Below, piece by piece: positions 17,510 through 47,290 of a DNA stretch of 64,000 nucleotides. Position 1 is the stretch's first letter; each line of letters begins with the position of its first letter. Source of the DNA: the human T2T-CHM13v2.0 reference genome, Homo sapiens; NCBI RefSeq assembly GCF_009914755.1, contig NC_060941.1, one strand, 5' to 3'. A program made the translations under genes and the position numbers. The notes beneath the pieces are model-generated. The model saw only the letters and a program-made list of their open reading frames with translations. It did no database searches and was not told where the DNA came from.

Positions 17510-18075
17510 TAGATACAGTGTGGTGTTATGAACACAGAATTCTGACAAACATGGGTTAAGACTCAACTTTGATACTTGTTAGCTGTGAACTTGTGCAAGT
17601 TATGGGTTTCTTCTCTTACTCATTCGACATTTATCAAGTATTTATGGGTCTCATAGTAACCAAGGCTAAAGACAGAAAAGCATGCAAAAAGCAGACAAGA
17701 TCCATGGTTTTCAGGAAGACTGTAAGCTACTGGTAGGAGGAAACCAAGCAAGGCTGTGTGAGGGCAGAGTCACTCAAGCAGGGGCGATTAGCTGAGATTC
17801 AGCAGTGAGGAACAATCTCAGTGAGGTAAGACCATGAGGACAAAAAGGCAGCCACTTAAATATCTGATGCTGGCATATTCTAGGCAAAGGGAAGTGCAAG
17901 ACGAGGGCTTTTGGGCTAGAATAAACTTAGCACACTCGGAGGCCAGTGTGGCTGGCACCCAGTGTGAAAGGTATGGGAGATGAGGTCAGAGGATGTAGGG
18001 GCCAGATTATGAGGGCCCTTGTAGGCCAGGGTAAGAAACTGATTTTTTTCCTGGAGGCAATGGGAAGACATTATA
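17510..18075. mobile_element. MIR plus L2 fragments
   Basis: MIR core (ACTTGTTAGCTGTGAACTTGTGCAAGTTA) followed by L2 3' motifs (GGCCAGTGTGGCTGG, GAGATGAGGTCAGAG, CCTTGTAGGCCAGGGTAAG). Confidence 0.65.
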
Positions 18076-18141
18076 AACTATTTATCACAGAGCCTGCTCT
18101 ACACATTTAATAAACACTGGCTAGATTTTACGTTCTAATAG

Positions 18142-18462
<321 letters not shown>

Positions 18463-21177
18463 TGAGCCACCAGCCCGGCCAGACCTTTTATATCTATAGT
18501 TTTCATATAGGCTTGTCTACTATTAATATATAGCCAACTTGGTTAGCAGCTAATGTAAGATTATTGACCCTTAAATGTCAACCCAGAATATCTTATTCTG
18601 ACTCTATTTTCAGGGAATATAGCCTTAAAATTTCAGGAGGTCAATGACTACAGATATTTTGTTTTCAATAATTACAAGCTGTTAGTATTTTTTTTTAAAA
18701 GTACCATGGTCAAAGATGTTTGGGAAATTTTCCTCACGTCAAGGTCTTCTGGAGACTTTAATATGCTTATGAACATTATAGTGATTAAAGAGGAATATAC
18801 AGTATGCAGTCTTTTCTAGAGTACCTTTTAGGACTGTTTTAGAGAAATGTTCTCTGATCTTTTCCATGGTCCTAGCACACACAGAAAATGATCATCTGCA
18901 CAACACAAGGGGAATAAACCCCTGGATGCACCCAGCCTAAGGCCTCTGACTGTCCTAAGTATTGCAGGAATGAATACCTGGACATACTCCTAATCTAAGG
19001 AACACTAGTTCATAAGCTTTATTCTATTTAGGCAATGTGGTTTTCTGAAGTGATTTTTTTTTTTGTACTTTTTCCCCCTTGCAAACACTACAGTGACTTA
19101 TCTAAGTTTTTTTTTTATATATACATTAGGATAGAATACCAGCGAACTAAATATTAATATATAAACTATAATTGATTTATCCTATGTAAAACTTACCTTT
19201 TATTTACTATGAGGGCGCTTAACTGGAAACTCCTACATTAGACCAAAACCCCTGAAAGGGCCTGCAACTTCATTAAAAGGATGAGTGAGAAAGAAGTTGA
19301 TTATACTCAAAAGACCTATGAGGGAGCATTTCAGGTCCACGCTCTCGGTGAAGAGGCTTCTCTGGGATTTTGTAATCACAGGCCTGACCTCATGAGTTAA
19401 GTCTGAGGTTGAAATTTTCTCTTCCCTCTATGGTCAGGGAACTCCCAGGCCAAGAAATTAAAGTGGTTCCAGGCTACCAGTGCCCTTTGATACCTAGCAG
19501 AAGCAAACCTAAATTAGATCAGGAAATAAGTCACCTACCATTCAGGCCTTTCAGCATTCCCACCAATTTTATCAAGTATGAGCGCACGATCAAATAGCAA
19601 ACACATAATAAGTAATCCACCATGAGCAAGCATCAGCAGAAACTGATTAAGAATCCCCAATACTTTGGGCATTGGAATTGACAGAGACAGAACATAAAAC
19701 AAGCATTATGAGTTGTTTAATAAGAAAAATATTATTGAAAAATAAGCAATATAAAACAAACACCAACTTATTAGACATGGCTAAAGAGAATTAAAAAATG
19801 GAAGATACATGATAAACACTCAAAATGCAGCAAAGAAAAATAGAAAACTGGAAAACAAGATGTCAAAATAAGAGAACAGAATGTAAAGATCCAATAAAAG
19901 TCTAATAAGAATTCTTAAAGGAGTGAGTATGGAGAATGGAGAAAGGCAATGTTGAATTAGATACTGGCTAAGAATTCTGCAGAAATGAGAACATGAATTA
20001 GGCCAGGCACAGTGGCTCATGTCTATAATCCCAGAACTGTGGGAGACCAAGGCAGGAGGACTGCTTGAGGCCAGGAGTTCGAGACCAGCCTGAGCAACAA
20101 AGTGTGACACTGCCTCTACAAAAAAATAAAAATAAAAATAAAAAAAATTAGGCAGCTGTGGTGGTATGTGCTTGTGGTCCCAGCTACTCAGGAGGCTGAG
20201 ATGAGAGGATCACTTGAGCACAGGAGATTCAGTCTGCAGTGAGGTGCAATCACAATTGCTCCACTGCACTCCAGCCTAGGTGACAGAGCGAGACCTTCCC
20301 TCACCAAAAAAAAAAAAAAAAAAAAAAAAAAGTGAGGGAGAGAGAGAGAACATGAATTCACAGATAAAACTATAATGTAAATTAGGCACAACAAAAAGGT
20401 ATCCACATCTAAACAGACCATAGTAAAACTGCAGAACATCAAAGGAAAGATATTAAAAAGCAACCAATCACCACAGTGAAGCTCAGCAGTCAACATACTC
20501 AGGTAGACAGTCTAATCAGGTGCTTAGTACCTAACCATTAAGGCCTCTAAGTATATGAAAGGACAAAACAAATCTCCAGGAAAGATGCATCTATAGGAAA
20601 CAGAAGAAAAGCAAACAGCATAAGAAAACGCTAAAAAAAATTACGAATTCTTCAGAGATGTAAGAATAGGATACTATCAGAGAACAAGATAGACCTTGGA
20701 ATTTAAAAACAAAAATGGGAAAACAAATTCAATAAATGGATGATAAAGTCAAGGAAATCTTTCAAAAAGCGAGTGTGTGTGTATACATGAGACAAAAAGC
20801 TAGGCAACAAGAAAGAAAAAAATAAGAGTTCAACCTAGAAGATCCAAAATCCAATTAAGAGATATTCAAGAAAGAGAAAACAGATGGGAACAAAGTTACA
20901 TAAAAGAAAAAAACAAAACAAAACAAATTTCCAAGACCAAAATGGGGCATCCATATTTAAAGAGACCATATAAGCCCAGCTTAATGATTTAAAAAAAAAT
21001 TTATACCAACATGCATCATTATAACAATTCACAACTCTGCCAATACTGGTATTAAAAGCTTCGGCACTATGCTACACAAAAAGAGAAGGGAATCAAAATA
21101 TCAGTGGACTTCTCAACAGCAAGACTGATCAATGTATTGCCTTCAGATTTCTAAAAATTCTTACCAGAAAATCTATA

Positions 21178-25490
<4,313 letters not shown>

Positions 25491-26027
25491 AAAATCTATA
25501 GCCAGCCAAATTATCAACCAAGTCTAATGGTAGAAAATGTATTTTCAGATATGCCCCTGAAGCCCCTTCGAAAAACTTAGCTCTCATGTTCACTTTTTTC
25601 TCAGGAGATGATTAGAAGATATGTTTCATTATAACATCAAAGTAACCAAGAAAGAGGAAGACGGTTGATTTAGGAACTACATGATTCAGTACAGCACAGA
25701 GGTAACGAGAGTTTCTAAAGCAATGATAAAGGGATGTCTCAGCGTTACAGCTGTATAGCGGGTTTAGAGAACAACCAGATTGTATTAGAAAAAGAAGATG
25801 GATGATGGCTCTGGAAGGATTCTAGGAAAAATATGAATCTTTGTGTTTGGAGCTTGTTGCAGCAGCATGGGGAAAAAGGCAACAGGCACTTTCAACACTG
25901 ACTAAATGAAAAAAGTGAACCAATCAGTAACTGCAGGAAACAAAGTTGTATCAGAAAGGAAACAGTACAGTGACTGGCTGGGAAGCTGTAAATACTATTT
26001 ATGTACTATATAAACACTAGCAATTTA

Positions 26028-26391
<364 letters not shown>

Positions 26392-26819
26392 TCATTTCCC
26401 AACGAGATTAAAAAAACAATTTTTTTGGATCAACTTGAATAAAAACAGTTTAGGGGATAGACAGTAAAAGAGCAAATGTCTATTTGTATCAACTAATACA
26501 CTTTTTATTTTTCATAAAACTTAATTCATTAAATTTAAATTACTGCCCTTTATTATATGATCATGTCCTTTATTATAAGATCACTTTCTTTAAGGATGGT
26601 TATAGGTTTTTACCATAAAATACTTAACTTTTTATTTATAAATTTATAAGTTACAACAATACAAAGAACATCTAGACAACCTTTATCTTGACTGACCAAT
26701 GATTAACATTTTCTCCCAATTATTCCTCTCTACACGTATATTTTTCCCTCTCAACCATTAATGAATGGTTTATATGCTTTAAGCCCTTTTACCTCTAAAT
26801 CAGAAGTAGAAGCATAGCT

Positions 26820-27040
26820 CAGGGTTTTTTCACCTTGGCAATATTACTTTGGGCCAGAAAATGCTTTTTTTGTAGGAGGCTAGCCTGTGCATTATAAGAT
26901 GTCTAGCATCATTTGTGGCAGTAACACTCGCCTTTATCCCCCAGCGGTGACAACCAAAAACACCTTTAGGCATTGCCAAATGTCCCCTGGAAGCAAAAAA
27001 CAAAAAAAACAAAAAAAAAATCCCAGTTGAGAACTATTGC
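26820..27040. mobile_element. MER20 hAT-Charlie
   Basis: GTGACAACCAAAAA..CATTGCCAAATGTCCCCTGG...CCCAGTTGAGAACTATTG, a MER20 hallmark. Confidence 0.8.
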
Positions 27041-27049
27041 CTTATCCTT

Positions 27050-38650
<11,601 letters not shown>

Positions 38651-41600
38651 AATTCTGGTACTGCTTACCTTTAAGCTCTTCTCCATACATAGAGCTGTGA
38701 ACTATCAAACTCCAAACCTATGATCAATGTTTTGGAGCTTTTTTCAGATTTTCTCTTTCTGAGAGTGGATCTTTGTACCTTGTCTAAAGCTTTCACACTC
38801 CCATACCTCTTTCAGTAAATTTGTCAAGCCTTCCCTCTCTCACTCTTAACACCTAGAGGAATGATCATAAGGAGCAGTTGGAATTTGGTTTATTTCTCTA
38901 CCTATAAGAATCTACAAATCTCTATTTATAGGCAGAGAAATAAACTAAATTTGTGAGTTGAACTCTTAAACACATTTCGTCCTATAGGAGTTTATTTGTA
39001 AATTCTACAATAACCTAATATTGGACTTGCTCTGTCATTCAAGCTGCAGTGCAGTGGCATGATCTTGGCTTATTGTAACCTCTGCCTCCCAGGTTCAAGC
39101 GATTCTCATGCCTCAGTCTCCCGAGAAGCTGGGATTACAGTGCGTGCCACAACACCTGGGTAATTTTTGTATTTTTGGTAGAGACAGGGTTTCGCCATGT
39201 TGGCCAGGCTGATCTCGAACTCCTGGCCTCAAGTGATTGGCCCACTTCGGCCTCCCAAAGTGTTGGGATTACAGGCATGAGCCACTGCACCCAACCATGT
39301 TGGACTATTTTTGTTACTGATCTGATTTGGTTATTATTATAATATTTGTAATATGCTTAGTATGTGTCAGGCATATTCAGCACTTAAATCTGTAGCAGCG
39401 CATTTAAACCTTATGAGTGTCACTCTCATTTTACAGGAGGAAGCAGTGGCCCAAATAGGCTAAGCAACTTGCCCAAGATCATATAACCACCATGAACACT
39501 AATAATATGAATCATGGGACTATCTTAAAACGTTTTAAATTTTAACCTTCTTTCTCCCCCCTCCCCAATACTGGTTCTGTCAGCTAGCCTCTGTAAGCAT
39601 ACAAAACAAGCATCAAATAAATATGTTTCAGGTAACGTGCCTTCATGAACATTTTGCTCTTCAAAATAAAACCGAGGCCAGGTGCAGTGGCTCACACCTG
39701 TAATCCTAGCACTTTGGGAGACCAAGGGTGGGTGGATTACTTGAGGAGTAATCCACCAGGAGTTCCAGACCAGCCTGGCCAATATGGTAAAACCCCATCT
39801 CTACTAAAAATACAAAAATCAGCCATGTGTGGTGGTGGCACCTGTAGTCCAGCTACCAGGGAGGCTGAGGCAGAAGAATCACTTGAACCCGGGAGGCGAA
39901 GGTTGCAGAGAGCCAAGATTGAGCTACTGCACTCCAGTCTGGGCGACAGAGTGAGACTCTGTCTCAAAAAAAAAACAAAACAACAAAACAAAACCCCAAA
40001 AAACTGCAAATCATATTAGATGACTAAGGTCTTGAATGTAGGGAGATGGAATGATTGTAGGTAGGTAAACCTTGCTTTATATTTGGGTGTATGTTCTAAC
40101 TCCCTGTCCACTATAAAGTCACTAATGTCTAAAATTCATATACTAAATAAATAATATAAGCCTAAGCTTTAGAATTAGAGAGATAGATACTAGATGAGAA
40201 AGCTAAAAGAATGAAAGCAGTTGTCTCATCAGAGCTGAATTGGGACAAGGACCATTTTTTTTGGAATACTTTTAGCATTGTTTAATTATTGTACTATCAA
40301 GTGCATGTATTACTTTGATAAAAATAAAAGCTAATTTATATGAAGTATACAGTACATTAAAAAATTAAGTTGGTATATATTGAGAGATTGATGATATCTG
40401 GTATCAGTAAATACATGTGGGAAAAACAGTGCTCATATACACTTGGTAGGAAGGTAACCTTACACTATCTTTCCGGAAGGCAATTTGACATTACATATGA
40501 AAACTTAAAATGGCTATGCCTTTTGACTAGGTAATTCCATTTTTAGGAATCTGTCCTTCAGAAATACTCATACATAATACATACAAGGACACAAGAACCT
40601 ATGTAGAAGGATGTTTGCTAATGTAATAATAATGAAAAACTGGAGACAAACTTACAATCAGCAGGGGAATCATGAGCAACAGGTAAAATACTGAGTGGAA
40701 AAAATAAATCACAATATATAGTATAATAAAATATATCACAATATGACTCACTTTTTATTCAAAGAGACAATATACACTGGCATATACACAGATCAATATA
40801 TGTATGTTTGTTTTTATGTGCACTAAGAAAGACCTTAGGAGTAGCTAAACTTTTAGCAGGGTAGAAGTGGCATGGGAAGATGAATCTAACTTTTCAATAT
40901 TTTTCTTTTTTAAAACATTATAGGTGTACTTCTATAATAAAAAATAAAAGGTTTTTATAGTGACAAAATTAAAGAAGAGATCACAAATCACAACAGAACT
41001 TCATTGTCCTACTGTAACTGTCACTTAGGTAAACCATCCTCCCTATGAAATCTACAAGGGAATTAAAAAGCATAGTCATTAACTTATTGGTATAACCAAA
41101 CAAAAGTTCCAACAAAACTAAACATCTCTGGGAGAAATGACAGAAAACACTTGAAATCTTAAATGCAGGTGTCAATAAACATGGAGCCAAGTAATATTAA
41201 TAATAGTGTAATTTCAATATGAGTAAACTCACCAGATATGAATAAACTCATCAGAAGTCAACCAATTCTTCATTATCCAAACCCACTGGGAGCAGTGGCT
41301 CACATAATTTTCAAATTTTTATATTTAGCTATGGAGCAAATATTTTCTAGAATCTTAAATTTGAATGTTGTATGCATGAGATCACAAAGTAGTAAACAGA
41401 GATTAATACATACTCTACAATGACTGAACTTGGTAGGAGCTCAAGAGCTATTTAGCTCCTGCAGGCCTCTTTTTCATTCTATTATACTATGAGGATGAAA
41501 GCACATTCTGGTATAGTGATAAAACTCATCAGTGTAAAGAGAAATGCCTTCTTTCTTTCTAAGCTTACTGTTACGAGGAACATAAATGGTAAGGATTTGG

Positions 41601-42296
41601 GATTACTGAGTTTTTATTTCCCACAAATTCAATGTGCAAGCAAGAATAAATTCATGTCAATGATACAATCAAGAGGAAACCAAAAGCAATAATATTCTGA
41701 ATAACCCATCTAAAGAAATGGAAAAGTACCCAGGAGAATGATAGGAGAGGACAATATTCTACATAGCAATATTTTAAGATTTAAAGCAACAGTGAACAAA
41801 AGGAAGTGATTCTTTGATCTACAAGAAATACAAATTTCTACCTCTTTGGGTTCAACTTCTAGACCTATCACTGTTATGACTTCGGATGTAACAATTACTT
41901 GGGTCTCAGTTTCCCTCTCTTCTAAATAAGAAAAACATCACTTACCACACAGGAAGGATGTATGATAAAATAAAAAAATTCACATGAATAGGCTTTCAGT
42001 TCTTCCGAAGAAAGCTATGAATCCTTAAGTACAAACCTGGAAAGCTAATTAAAAATAAGATGACCATATCAAAATTAAGTCTGAAACATGCAGTGGCCTA
42101 GAGATTCCCTGAGATCATTATCAGCTATCAATTCTACCCCAATAATAGAATTCATACTCAAGCTGGGTCTGTAGGGCGAATGTGGTCTGAATGATCAAAC
42201 AAGATCATTTATTAGTATGTTAACATAGAGACGGGCCAGGCGCAGTGGCTCACGCCTGTAATCCCAGCACTTTGGGAGGCTGAGGCGGGCAGATCA

Positions 42297-42620
<324 letters not shown>

Positions 42621-43659
42621 TTACCTTTAAAAAATATATTTGGAACTGGTTGCTCAGAAGATATAAAATCACTGAACAATAGTAACTACAGGGTGTTAAT
42701 AATTAAACAAAGATGGGTTAAACACATACAGATACACAAGGGGGCTACTTCTCTGGTGTATAAAATAATCTCTAGCAAATTTTAAAGCTTAGAAGTCTTA
42801 AAGTAATAGATGATGATAACCTTTTTTTTTTCCTTTTTTTTTTTTTGAGACGGAGTCTCACTCTGTCGCCCAGGCTGGAGTCCAGTGGCACAATCATGGC
42901 TCACTTCAACCTGGGTCTCCCACCAGACTCAAGCAATCCTCCCACCTCTGCCCCCGAGTAGCTGGGACTACAGGGGTGTGCCACCACACCTAATTTTTGT
43001 AATTTTTTTTTGTAGAGACAGGGTTTCGCCATGTTGCCCAGGCTGATCTTGAACTCCTGGGTTCAAGCAATCTGCCTGTCCTGGGCTCTCAAAGTATTGG
43101 GATTACAGGCGTGAGCCAACACACCTGGTTAATATTAACCAATATTTATTGAACGATATATACAAATCACTATGCTTAGCACCAGAAATACAAAGAAGTA
43201 TTAGACTTAACATTCCTGTCCTACAATTAAGACTGCAAACGGTGGCCAAATAATTGGGCCACAACGTTGAACAAACTAATGAGTATTATATACAACCAGT
43301 TTTAAAAGACTAGTAGTAGGAATTAAACATAGTGAAAAAGGAAAAAGAAGGAAAGCCTGGGAACACATCTTAACATTTTATCTTATGACTTGTCTCATCT
43401 TTTATAGCAGCTTACTTTTTTTAAACAGCGGGCATAACATCTGAGTGGAGGTTTACAGAAACTACAGGAGGCAGGGCTGATGTTCACCCTGTATTTCAGA
43501 TGAGGAAAGTGAAGCTTTCAAAGAGGTTACACAACTCACCTAAGATCGCAGTTCAGAGAGGTAGCTTGCTGACTTTGTCCAGAGCTCACTTCTACTAGAC
43601 TAAATTCTAAATTATCAGTGCTAAAGTGAGAACTCGAAGGGACCTCAGAAATCTCCTAA

Positions 43660-44040
43660 TGGAGTGTTTCCCTAACCAACCTGATAAACTTTCTGGGGTA
43701 TACATTAAAAACACATTCCCAGGACCCACTGCAGACCTACTAAATAAGTTATAGGAGAGAAGTTTAGTATTTTAACAAGAGCCTCCAAGAAGTGATTCTA
43801 ATGATTAGTTATGCTTAGAAAACAGTGTTCTATGTGTGTATGTCCAGTATGCCAGACATTTGGCTACTTAAATTTACATTGCCTAAAACAGCAAAATTAA
43901 AAATTGAGTTCTTCAATTTTTAGTTCCACTAGTTACATTTCAAGTGCTCAACAACCACATGTGGCTAGTGGCTACCGTAACTGGACAGCAAAGATATAGG
44001 AAATTTCCATCATTGCAGAAACTTCTATTGGATTATGCTG
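43660..44040. mobile_element. MER5-like followed by MER3-like hAT-Charlie elements
   Basis: ACATTTCAAGTGCTCAA..CCACATGTGGCTAGTGGCTACCGTA..CATCATTGCAGAAA.TTCTATTGGA (MER3). Upstream TTTTAACAAG..GTGATTCTAATG (MER5). Confidence 0.7.
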
Positions 44041-46370
44041 ATACTAGACTAACCCTTCAACTGCCATGAGAAAATGGAGGCACAGGATCTTGTCCAACAA
44101 GGGCCATGGAGCTACTCAATGGCAGAATTGTGACATCAACCTCACTGCCAGCACCCCTCTTATTGTATCACTTCATCCTATCTCATATTCAGGGTTTGTT
44201 CAAATGGGAATTATTTCCTTTTCACCTTTTATTGTGGGTTCCAGCAAAGCAAGAAGAGAAATCCTAAATTTGCAGGTAAAAAAATCCTTAAGCCAAGGTT
44301 TATTAAAAAATAATGATTAAATCTATGTGCAATTTTTGCCTGAAATCAAAAGTCATCTTGCACAGTTAAGAATACTGTGGTGTTAGGAGAAATATCTTAG
44401 CTTGTTTTAACTATTGTAAGTCCTTTCTCTTTTATTGTCCTGATGTTTTTATTCTTTCTTGAATTTTGAAACCCTCAGACTAATGATACATAAGTGTGAA
44501 AGGTTATATCTTATTTAGCAAACATTTTAAAGATGAAAAGCTGAGAAACAAAGAGCAACCCAAAGAATGTCACTTGTCTAATTTTAGAATGTGGTTACTC
44601 AGACTACTGAGCACTCTTGGCTTTTAGTAATTCAGTGGTTTAGTATTTATCCTAATATGTCGTTTTCACTTTTAAACTATAGCTTATATTTTCCTTTGAT
44701 CACTATGTTACATTTGAAAACAATTTAAAATGTTGTTTTAATTTTCAACATTATTGAGGGACCAAAAGCAGCACTAGAACATCTAGAAAGGTTTAGATAA
44801 TAAGGTCAACATATAACCAGCTTTAAAGAATATGGCAGCGTCTTAAAAATAAAACCAGTTGTTCCTGTCTAGTATGTTTAGAATGCAGATGTCTCCAAAG
44901 TCAGTCAACTTAAGTCATGACAGTTCATGTTTAAAGTAAGCAGGAAAAAAACTTGGAACTCCTTATTAATTAAAATGTTAAAAACACTATTATTACACCT
45001 CTACTGATTCTTTTTCACAAGCTGAATTCTAATGAGTAGATTTAGAGGAAATATTTTATGTCAAACATTACATAAAGTTAGAAACTGGATGGTTAAAAAG
45101 CATGACGCAACAACGTAAGGCACTATGAATAAATACTTATTCAAGACAGATGTTGCCATAATTTGCAAGGTACTCACAAGCAATCAGTATGGGGTTTTAG
45201 ATAGATAGAAGCTACTTGTTATTCAGAGAAGGAGGTGGTGCAAAAAAAAAAAAAGTACAGCTATTTTCTTTCTAAACACTCTGGTGTTGAGGTAAACAAA
45301 TGAAAAATAAAATAACAGTCTAAGTCCACAAGAGCAAAGCAACAGTCTCTAAGTTATAAGAGGAGGAGAGAAAAATTGAGTCTAACCTTTTAAATAGGAG
45401 ACTGGGGCTTAAGGTGAAATTTATTTGCTGGCTTTTAAATCACATGCATTATTTCTACATTATACCTGTTATGTCTTGACACCCACTTCACCACATTAGA
45501 GAGTAATAGGTATATCCAAGATTCTTAGGCCAATAAAACTACTTTTAGAGGCAGCATAGCTCACCAAATGAAGGAGAATGTTAGAAAAACACCCAGTGAC
45601 AATAGTTTCAACTATCTCAACCACCCAGTGATAAGTACTGGTGCATGCTAGTATAAGGAGAATTAAAAATATTGTAAACTCTAAACAAGTATTAAAATGG
45701 TTCGTAAATTTCAAATCTCATAAAAGATAGTTACTTAAAAAAAAAAAAGGAGTAAAAGCATTTGGAAGAGAGGCCCTTGGAGGAAAGACTAGCTTCCGAG
45801 GAACACAGGTCAAATACGGGTGTGGGCGGTAATCATCTAATCATCCCTCTACCAGGTGATGCTTCTAACCACTTCAGTTTTAGACATCCTTAGAAGTGAT
45901 TTAGGTAATAAACAAATGTGTTTTGTGATACAAGAACCACGGAGATGACGCTGAAATTTCTAACTTCAAAAAGATGCACTCCTAAGAGAAAACAGGCACG
46001 AAATTCCCATATTGTAATTCTTTAGCTTCCTGTAGAAAAACATCTTCAGGCATGTAAGCCAGCACACTTGACACTGACCCAGCAAAGTTTTCGGCTAGCC
46101 CTCACTATCTCTCAACCCCCCTTCCTCCACTTCCCTGCTGTTCTTTCTTGGCACACAAAATATAGGCCAATGAGCAGTGGGTGGGTGAGGAGGATGTGAG
46201 AGAAAATTTGAGAAGTAAAAAAAGGAGCAACTTAACCAGGACATGAATGAGACTGAAGGGTCTAATAAGGGTAGGCAGACAACAATTAGAACTACTGAAA
46301 TATGGGCTTTCCTGGGCAGTAGTGAGCTCTCAGTGCTTTTAGGGGTGTAAGCAGGGTTCAGACTACCTAC

Positions 46371-46434
46371 CACTTGTCAGAGAGGCTGCAGAGGGGACGG
46401 CTGCTTTGGATGACCTCTAATGTCTCTTCCGACT
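46371..46434 (-). other. MBTD1: MBTD1 exon 2 (64-nt 5'UTR exon)
   Basis: Minus strand: acceptor tttcAG| (AG 46436-46435) and donor GTG|GTAGGT (GT 46370-46369). The 64-nt size agrees with my recollection of the reference transcript. Confidence 0.75.
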
Positions 46435-47062
46435 CTGAAATGTTAGGATTCTTATTTCACAAAGGAGAACGCAATGGTCACAGAAGTCCACCGACTTGAA
46501 ACCCTTTTAAATATGCAGCCTTGGAGGCTGCTTCCCAAACACCACTCCCACCTCTCCCGCACGTGCCCACCCCGCCCCCTTTCAATATTTCCACCTCCAC
46601 GTGCAAACCGCCTCGCGGCACTGCCCCCAAGGCAGATAGACACCTTCCCCTGCAAAGCACCGAAACTGTGCTCCCCCTCCCCGCCAAGAAGAGAGGACTA
46701 CTCCACTCTCCCACCCTGGGTGGCTAAAAAAGGAAAAGTCTCGGATCCAGCCTTTCCCCCCTAGCCAGAGCAGGGGGCGGGGGCAGGACGCAGAGAAAAA
46801 CTTTCTTCTCGAATTTTTCTTCCAAAGGGTGGAGGAGATGGAGAGAACCCCAACGAGTCCAAGGCTGACGGGGTGGGGGGAGGGGAACCCCTGAATCGTT
46901 TAACGGCTGGAAGGGGGAGGGGGGCTCCGGAGGTTGAGAGGGCGTGGGATGGAGAAGCAGGCCAGGGAGCGGGGTCAGGGAGCTGCGGGGTTCCTGGGGT
47001 CGGAGAGCTGCAGGCGTCCCCCCCACCTGGCACACAAAGCGGCTGCCGCGCTCGGCTCTCAC

Positions 47063-47290
47063 CAGATCCTTTGTGTTTTCCATCAGGGCCTCATGGGTAG
47101 GGGTTGTCCGTGCTCCCCGAGCCCGCGGCGCCCCCTCCCCGGGCTGGGGGCAGGTGCCTCTCCCCGGGACTGCGGCGACTACAGGGGGCCCCCGGCTGGG
47201 CCCAGACCGGTGGCGGGTGCAGCAGCCCCCGGATTTCCCCCCTTTAACTCGGGTGGCCCCAGGATATCAACAACATTAGCATAGCCCTCC
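47063..47290 (-). other. MBTD1: MBTD1 exon 1 (first exon; contains uATGs including MENTKDL at 47083); 5' end approximate
   Basis: Minus-strand donor CTG|GTGAGA with GT at 47062-47061, inside the CpG island. A CCAAT box (47326-47330) and an NRF1-like motif (about 47298-47310) lie just upstream. The TSS is not directly visible. Confidence 0.75.
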
